Shown here: positions 56,107-64,000 of the stretch, piece after piece
Layout: the number at the start of each line of letters is the position of its first letter
How positions within the stretch are numbered: position 1 is the first letter of the stretch
Assembly: GCA_964596395.1 (NCBI GenBank)
Contig: CAZQSY010000003.1
Span: 25,678 to 89,677, forward strand
Source of the DNA: an uncultured Candidatus Saccharibacteria bacterium
GTDB taxonomy: Bacteria > Patescibacteriota > Minisyncoccia > Phycocordibacterales > UBA9973
Direction of reading: 5' to 3'
DNA: 64,000 bases
Program-made: the position numbers and the translations under genes
The notes under the pieces: generated by a model
What the model was told of the DNA's origin: nothing
The model's database searches: none
The model's input: the letters and a program-made list of their open reading frames with translations, nothing else

Positions 56107-56649
56107 CTACTTGTTACCCTTCCATGATAAGGGAAGGGTTGTGAGAAATTTGTGTTCCAGCGAGAAAAATTTTTCCGAAGCGAGCCACTTGCCTATGAGC
56201 GGGCTTAGGGTAAGGGCAAAGCCCAAGTTGCCGGCAAGGTGGAGAAGAGTGAAAGGAATTTGCAGCATAAACGCGGTATAAATACTCTGCCCGAAAAGCG
56301 GGGCGAGCAGTACGCCGGTCGCGAGGTCGAACAAAATCGTGGCGAAGAAGGTGAACTTCGCGAAATTCCAAATTGACGCTTTTTCTTTATTTTTGAAATA
56401 CAAAGACGAGGCCGCACCCACTAGGCCATAGGCAATGCCTACTGTCCACGTCCAATAGCCGTAGTTTGTGAGAAGGTCGTACAAAAAAATCGAGAGGAAC
56501 CCGAAAGCGAAAGAAAATAGGGCGTTATGCTTCTTACCAAGAGGCATCAGCGAAGCCATCAAGGGCTCGACATTCGGCGCGCGCAGGGGCAGAAGGCGAA
56601 AAAGAAGACAGCCGAGGAAAATCGTGAAAATTTTAAACTTGTTCTGCAT
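56107..56649 (-). CDS. hypothetical integral membrane protein (5-6 TM, possibly a transporter substrate-binding-type small subunit)
   Basis: Hydrophobic profile only. Confidence 0.4.
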   Translation of the reverse strand: MQNKFKIFTIFLGCLLFRLLPLRAPNVEPLMASLMPLGKKHNALFSFAFGFLSIFLYDLLTNYGYWTWTVGIAYGLVGAASSLYFKNKEKASIWNFAKFTFFATILFDLATGVLLAPLFGQSIYTAFMLQIPFTLLHLAGNLGFALTLSPLIGKWLASEKFFSLEHKFLTTLPLSWKGNK

Positions 56650-56650
56650 A

Positions 56651-58837
<2,187 letters not shown>

Positions 58838-61800
58838 TTACGGCAGACCTACCTCCGCGCCAACCGTATAGAAAGTAGACGGAGAACTTTGATTGTTGTA
58901 AGAAGTTTTGAGCCAATCAGCCGAACGTCCGACATTAGAAATGCGCACTTCATCAAGCTTTCCGGTATACGGTTCACCGGTGCCATTGGTCGCGCCGTTG
59001 TAAGTACTCATATAGATTGTATTTGGGGTTCCTGTAAGCGGAGCAGTAGTTGAAGTACACGATGAAGTACACTGTACTCCATCTATGTAAAGTTTGTTGT
59101 TGCTTCCGACACGGGTAAAGGCGATATGATGCCACACAGAATTTGAAGGAACGGCAGTTGAACCGATAATATTTGTGCCGGCAGATTGTTTTATTCTGAG
59201 TCTTCCCGAAGAGTCAAGAACAACCTGGGTAGCGTTACCGCTCGAAGAAACCTTAACTGTGAATATAGATTCCTGGTTTCCACTCGCTGATGGTTTGTTT
59301 AACCAAAATTCCATGGTCTGATCTGTGTTCAAAGCAGGCAAACTTGTAGCTGAGGTTTTTGATATATTTGCGCTACCGGGGAAATTTGCTCCGCCGTCAA
59401 ACTGGCCGGTAGTAGCCGTAACACTGCCATTAATTGTACCGTTATTCAAGCTAGAAGTTGAGTCAAGCGCGCCTAGTGTTACACCGTCGGGCAAGTGCCA
59501 CACGCCTTTGTAATTCGCATCCCACACCGCTGTTTTGCTCGACTGGTCGGTTGTAATACTTGCATCCCCGTAACCCATATAGAAAACTGTGTCTGCCGTA
59601 GCCGAGACCATCGGCACTTTCACCCAATACGCCACCTCGCCGGTTGCGGCCACGTACTTTTCCGTCTCCCAGGCAAGCTTCGTTGTTAAATTAGCATCGG
59701 AGTAGAAACCTATGTCGTAACCGTTCGCATTTTTTACTTTTCCGGTTGGCGGAATGTTGGAAAGATAAGGATAAGTCCCCGAGACCAGCACCGGAAAGTT
59801 CGTCTGGTTTGAACCTTGCACCTGCAGATAACTGATAGTAATTGCCCGCGCGTATCTGGAAGCAGGCGGAGCTGTGTTGAAAGTAGCCGTTACACTTTTA
59901 TCTGAAGTCATAGACAAAACGCACGAGCCCGTGCCGGTGCAAGCGCCCGACCAACCGACAAAACTTGAGTTTGCGCCCGCCAAAGCGGTGAGGGTGACGC
60001 TTGTGCCGTCGGTGAAGCTCGCAAAACAGGTAGGACTGCACGAAATTCCCGAAGGGCTTGAAGAAACTGTACCCGAGCCGGTACCGGCCAGAGAAACAGT
60101 TAGTGAACGAGAAACCGGCGGAGGAGCGGCCCCGGGCTTGAGCGGAACGGCTACCATGGCCCACCTTTCAGGGGGGGTAATGCTTGGATTCGCAGTCCAA
60201 GACATTGAAGTAGAGGTGGAACCCGGCTTGTCTGACCCTGCGATGAGCACATTGTTGTCGCCTGTGTTGGAAATCTTGTTATACCGCTCTGTTTGCCCTA
60301 CGGCTTTGGTCAGGGTCTGAGTAGCAGAGGCGCTTGTCTTTACTCCTACTACATCAACTACCAATTCCCCGCTCTGACTGGTTACGCTAATAGAAGGATT
60401 TGTTCCCGCTCTGCCGTCAACAACTGCCGTTCCTAGAGGTGTCGTTTGATTAACGCCGGAATAAGAAACAACACCCGCTGCCGCCCTGGTACTGACAGAA
60501 AAAGGAATATATACATTATTAAGCCCGGAAGGCGGGCTCAACATGTACCACAGTTCAGTGTAAATTCGCGCTCCGGAAACCGCGTCTTTGTGTTTTGCTA
60601 TAAGAGTCATCGGTTGTCCCGCGTAAGTCATTCCGGTTCCAGACACTTGGGGAGCATTAGTGCTCCACATACTGACCCCAACTACAAGAATTCTATTTGA
60701 GCCGGCACCGACGGTGTGAGGGATAGTAAGACTTCCCGCTGCGGTTCCTCCCGTGGTACCGTCTGACGACGCATCAAAAGCAATCTGCGCCGAAAGGTTG
60801 AAAGTTGCCATCACGGCCTGGTCGGAAGTCATAGAAAGAACGCACGAACCCGTACCAGTACAGGCGCCCGACCATCCAGCAAAGCTTGAATTGGCATCGG
60901 GTGTGGCGGTGAGGGTAACACTCGCGCCGTCTGAGAAACCCGCGCTGCAAATAGAACCACAGGAAATTCCCGACGGGCTAGAGGTAACCGTGCCGATTCC
61001 TCCGCCAGCCGGGGTTACGGTCAAAACGCGGCTTCCGGGCGGAGGTGTCGGACTTCCTGACATAATTTCCACCGTTCTCGCTTTCCATCCGCTTATGAAA
61101 GGGTCCATCGAAACGTCGGCACTTCCCCAAGAAGAAACCCCTTCGCCGGTGTCGTGTCCGGCTGCGCTTCCTGCCGCAGAAGCGTAAGTCCTGTTTATCA
61201 TACCCAAGGGGGGATTGTATACCGGCGCGCTTCCTCCGCGGTGGCCGGCGAAGCTGGCCACCCAGGAAGAACCGCTGGTATTGTTGAGGGACAGCGCCGG
61301 GTAAGTGATTATTGAACCGTATCCCCAAGAACTCGCGTTCGCGCCTATGGGGGTCGTAGAGCTGTTCCCGCGATAAATGTGCACCAGCGTTTCGGTGGCA
61401 TTTGTAGAAGTTACACTTCCTATACTACCGTCAGAGTCGATTATGTAAGCGAGACGGCTGGAATTGGTATCAGAACCCTCGGAAGTGCCGATTTCTGTCC
61501 AACCGGCAGGGGTCTGCGGCTTGACCGTACTGGCTCCGTCGCGATAAGCAAAAAGAATCAAGAGGTCGCCGGCTTGATGCACGGGCACCAATACCGTATC
61601 TCCCCCGGCATCGTTAGCCGCCACGAAAGTTACATTGCTGTTTGAAGTACTGCCGAAGTTTGCTCCCACACTCATGTTACCGGCTAAGGTAAGATTGCAA
61701 GCGCCGGTGCCGGTGCACGCGCCGGACCAGCCGTTAAAGACAGAACTCGCGTCCGGAGAAGCCGACAGAGTTACCATGTCTCCTTCGGTGAAATTGAACG

Positions 61801-62446
61801 TACAAGAAGCGCCGCAATCAATGCCGGCCGGAGACGAGGTCACGGTCCCGCCGCCAGTTCCACCCTTGCTCACTGTAAGCACCGATTCACCCGGTAGAGG
61901 AGGGTCGCCGACCCCCGTACCGCCGACAGAAACCTGAAGCTCGCGCTCGACATTTCCAGAAACCACGGAACCGCACGAGCCGTTTTCTTTATTGTATCCC
62001 TTAGAGTTTATGAAAACCTCCGGAGGAGTTGATTTATCCACCGTTACTCTGGCACATCCGTCACCGCCATTTCCCAAACCAGAAATTATGAAAGACCAAA
62101 AGGGATAACCCCCCGACAGGCCCATCGTATCCCCCAAGCAGGTTACCGTGCCCGTGCCGCCGGTCTGCACAAAAGAATTTTTCCCGGCCTTGTCGTTAAG
62201 CAAAGCGCATTCAACGCCGACATCGGCGGCAAAAAAAGCGTCGTTGGTTTCCACCCCCGAGGTGCCGAACTTTACTTCTTTGACGGCAATATTCATCACC
62301 CCCATGGTGATGGCCAAGAGCATTGAAGAAAGCACAATGGCGTAAAGTAAAACAAAACCGGTATCGCGCGTATTTTCTTTTTTTGTTTTCAGAAAGTTTA
62401 ACATTGTTTTATACCGAATCATTCCGCGGCGTTTTATTCCGTCCAA
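58838..62446 (-). CDS. giant (1202 aa) surface protein: pilin-like hydrophobic N-terminus, three InlB-B-repeat-like Cys-containing domains, DUF2341-like and LamG (concanavalin-like lectin) C-terminal domains
   Basis: N-terminus '...TRDTGFVLLYAIVLSSMLLAITMGV' resembles a minor-pilin (GspK-like, no Glu5) segment. Three repeats of '...F.GWSGACTGTGSCVLSMTSD..V.ATF'. C-terminal 'GKLDEVRISNVGRSADWLKTSYNNQ' is typical of the LamG_3 end. The start overlaps the upstream pilin gene by 13 nt. Confidence 0.65.
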   Translation of the reverse strand: MDGIKRRGMIRYKTMLNFLKTKKENTRDTGFVLLYAIVLSSMLLAITMGVMNIAVKEVKFGTSGVETNDAFFAADVGVECALLNDKAGKNSFVQTGGTGTVTCLGDTMGLSGGYPFWSFIISGLGNGGDGCARVTVDKSTPPEVFINSKGYNKENGSCGSVVSGNVERELQVSVGGTGVGDPPLPGESVLTVSKGGTGGGTVTSSPAGIDCGASCTFNFTEGDMVTLSASPDASSVFNGWSGACTGTGACNLTLAGNMSVGANFGSTSNSNVTFVAANDAGGDTVLVPVHQAGDLLILFAYRDGASTVKPQTPAGWTEIGTSEGSDTNSSRLAYIIDSDGSIGSVTSTNATETLVHIYRGNSSTTPIGANASSWGYGSIITYPALSLNNTSGSSWVASFAGHRGGSAPVYNPPLGMINRTYASAAGSAAGHDTGEGVSSWGSADVSMDPFISGWKARTVEIMSGSPTPPPGSRVLTVTPAGGGIGTVTSSPSGISCGSICSAGFSDGASVTLTATPDANSSFAGWSGACTGTGSCVLSMTSDQAVMATFNLSAQIAFDASSDGTTGGTAAGSLTIPHTVGAGSNRILVVGVSMWSTNAPQVSGTGMTYAGQPMTLIAKHKDAVSGARIYTELWYMLSPPSGLNNVYIPFSVSTRAAAGVVSYSGVNQTTPLGTAVVDGRAGTNPSISVTSQSGELVVDVVGVKTSASATQTLTKAVGQTERYNKISNTGDNNVLIAGSDKPGSTSTSMSWTANPSITPPERWAMVAVPLKPGAAPPPVSRSLTVSLAGTGSGTVSSSPSGISCSPTCFASFTDGTSVTLTALAGANSSFVGWSGACTGTGSCVLSMTSDKSVTATFNTAPPASRYARAITISYLQVQGSNQTNFPVLVSGTYPYLSNIPPTGKVKNANGYDIGFYSDANLTTKLAWETEKYVAATGEVAYWVKVPMVSATADTVFYMGYGDASITTDQSSKTAVWDANYKGVWHLPDGVTLGALDSTSSLNNGTINGSVTATTGQFDGGANFPGSANISKTSATSLPALNTDQTMEFWLNKPSASGNQESIFTVKVSSSGNATQVVLDSSGRLRIKQSAGTNIIGSTAVPSNSVWHHIAFTRVGSNNKLYIDGVQCTSSCTSTTAPLTGTPNTIYMSTYNGATNGTGEPYTGKLDEVRISNVGRSADWLKTSYNNQSSPSTFYTVGAEVGLP

Positions 62447-62919
62447 TTAAAAAGCATCTCTGAAAAAGTAACGCTAAGAGAACTGCCGGCTCGGGAATAC
62501 GAAACGGTTGAGGAAATCTCAACCTCGTCCGGCCTGCTCGGAAAAACCGTCATCGTGATTGTCCTCGTAAAATTGGAAACAGTACTGGGATAACTTACGC
62601 CGGCCGAACCGAGAGCCGTGAAATCATTCCAGGTTTTACCGGTAAACGAAGAATAGAAAATATAATTGTCCCTCAAGTTTCTTGCATACTCTATGCCTTC
62701 TTGGGCAAGATAAGTGGCTGAAATTTTGGCCTGGGCCCGGTCTATGTCAGAGATCCCGCTCCCGAGAACCGACATCAAAGCCACTACCGATACTGAAAAG
62801 ATTGCGATAGCTATAAGCGTCTCTATTAGAGTAAACCCCGGTGCTCCCCGCGGTTTTATTTTTGTTTTGCCTGATTTGTTTTTGAAAAATATTTTTCGCA
62901 TAATTTTTCTACGGCGCAT
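62434..62919 (-). CDS. type IV pilin / pseudopilin (prepilin-type N-terminal cleavage/methylation domain)
   Basis: '...KPRGAPG|FTLIETLIAIAIFSVSVVALMSVL' is the canonical G|FTLIE class-III signal with Glu5. Confidence 0.75.
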   Translation of the reverse strand: MRRRKIMRKIFFKNKSGKTKIKPRGAPGFTLIETLIAIAIFSVSVVALMSVLGSGISDIDRAQAKISATYLAQEGIEYARNLRDNYIFYSSFTGKTWNDFTALGSAGVSYPSTVSNFTRTITMTVFPSRPDEVEISSTVSYSRAGSSLSVTFSEMLFNWTE

Positions 62920-63478
62920 CCACTGAACGCTGTGAGACAGAAGTCCTAAGAAAAAAAGGCGTATTCACCTCGCGGTAACTTATCGTACCCAAAAGTTCTA
63001 TGGTGATGTACGGCTGAGAGGTATCCGACAGTTCCGCGCCCGATACGATGAAGCGCGAAGACGGGTCTACTATTATCTCTGGCGGTGTAAGCGATATGAA
63101 AGGTCCGCCGGCCACCGATTTCTTCACATTGAGGTCTTCTATTAGATATTTTATCCTGTCCCCGGCATCTGATTTAAAAGAAACCCCCTTGCCGGAGATA
63201 CAGCTCTTCGGCTCTATCGCGCTGGTATTGCCGTCGTCTATGCAATGGTAGCCGTAGCCGGTGCGCAAGTTTCGGGATATATCTTCCATAGCAAAAGAGA
63301 GGCTATCTACCACCGAGCGCATGTCGTCGGATTTCTGGTGTAAGACATTCGCGTTGAGCAGAGCAGTCGTGCCCACCAAAATAACCACCAGAAAAACAGA
63401 AATGGCTATCATGGTCTCTACTATAGTGTAGCCACTGTTTTTCCCGCTCTGCAGTTTTTTTCCTTTTATTGTTTGCAT
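62909..63478 (-). CDS. type IV pilin / pseudopilin
   Basis: '...SGKNSG|YTIVETMIAISVFLVVILVGT' is the prepilin motif with Glu5. It overlaps the next pilin gene by 11 nt. Confidence 0.75.
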   Translation of the reverse strand: MQTIKGKKLQSGKNSGYTIVETMIAISVFLVVILVGTTALLNANVLHQKSDDMRSVVDSLSFAMEDISRNLRTGYGYHCIDDGNTSAIEPKSCISGKGVSFKSDAGDRIKYLIEDLNVKKSVAGGPFISLTPPEIIVDPSSRFIVSGAELSDTSQPYITIELLGTISYREVNTPFFLRTSVSQRSVDAP

Positions 63479-63487
63479 AAGGCCGTT

Positions 63488-64000
63488 CTAATCTATCTGC
63501 ACCCTGCCGGAAGGGTACACCCTGATGCTCGCGCCGAGTCCTTCTGGAGAAGCGACGCTAATGCGCACGTAATTTACTTCGCAGAAAATACCGGGGCTCG
63601 AGCTAATCAGGGCGCCGGAATCGGGACGCCGGAAAACTATGCTCAGATTGTCTACGATGCCGGGGCATCCCGAACCGAGCACTTCGAGCATGGTTACGGC
63701 ATTTCCTTTGGTTATGGTTATTTCCTCCAAACATTCGTTCGTGCTTCCCGCGGACCCCGGACAGCTAGTGGTAACGGTATAATCCCCCAATTGGTCAAGG
63801 TCGGCGAAGTAAACAAATTTTTGGCCGTCTCCCGGATTTTCGGTGCTGAAAATAATCCCGTAGGAAGGGCGCCAGTTGGCGCTCAAACTGCGGGCCGGCA
63901 GCAGGCCAGAAGACGCGTTTTTGTGCGCTTCCACAATCTTTAAAGCAATGTCGTTCGCCAACACCTTTATGTCTACCTTCGCCTGAAAGGCCTGGTAATT
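63488..64000 (-). CDS. pilus-cluster protein, C-terminal part only (ORF continues beyond window end)
   Basis: The reading frame stays open upstream of the track's GTG start (...NYQAFQAKVDIKVLANDIAL...) through to position 64000. It lies in the same operon orientation as the pilins. Confidence 0.35.
   Translation of the reverse strand, partial: NYQAFQAKVDIKVLANDIALKIVEAHKNASSGLLPARSLSANWRPSYGIIFSTENPGDGQKFVYFADLDQLGDYTVTTSCPGSAGSTNECLEEITITKGNAVTMLEVLGSGCPGIVDNLSIVFRRPDSGALISSSPGIFCEVNYVRISVASPEGLGASIRVYPSGRVQID

Overview
This is a compact, gene-dense bacterial chromosome segment. Its character suggests a small-genome, CPR/Patescibacteria-like organism: several core proteins are miniaturised or fused (short PheS, short SMC without a hinge, ThrRS without the N-terminal domain, a NusB-Nudix fusion, a DD-carboxypeptidase-CapA fusion), and the cluster of pilin genes at the end fits that picture.

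The housekeeping backbone I can support from sequence is:
- tgt, an NYN-domain protein, mreC, mreB, proS
- rpsB-tsf
- two adjacent tRNA-Thr loci, the second aberrant
- rpoD, dnaG, rpoC, rpoB
- rpsP, a KH-domain protein, trmD
- rnr
- a NusB-Nudix fusion, rnc and a short SMC, in the conserved rnc-smc order
- rpmF, then thrS preceded by a Thr-specific T-box leader
- gyrB, pheT, pheS
- tRNA-Ser(GGA), a CPA2 antiporter, ligA

The accessory content worth a second look is:
- A 9 kb surface-protein island at 8.4-17.2 kb. It holds two large secreted proteins with a shared WxL-like C-terminus, a DUF916-like membrane-anchored partner, and a dockerin protein followed by two membrane-anchored cohesin proteins.
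- A RAYT / IS200-like Y1 transposase flanked by identical 27-bp hairpin repeats.
- A 20-bp perfect palindrome, CCTGCCTGCCGGCAGGCAGG, present in at least four copies. Two copies sit in-frame inside dnaG and a helicase-nuclease gene, encoding LPAGRQ-type peptides. A third replaces the D-arm of a tRNA-like gene.
- A tightly coupled operon of cupin, a UvrD-like helicase fused to an Fe-S PD-(D/E)xK nuclease, and patatin.
- A structured RNA upstream of gyrB with mutually exclusive antiterminator and terminator hairpins.
- A type IV pilin cluster with a 1202-aa giant protein carrying a pilin-like N-terminus, InlB B-repeats and a LamG domain.

All calls rest on motif-level reading of the supplied ORF translations and the raw sequence. 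No database searches were run.
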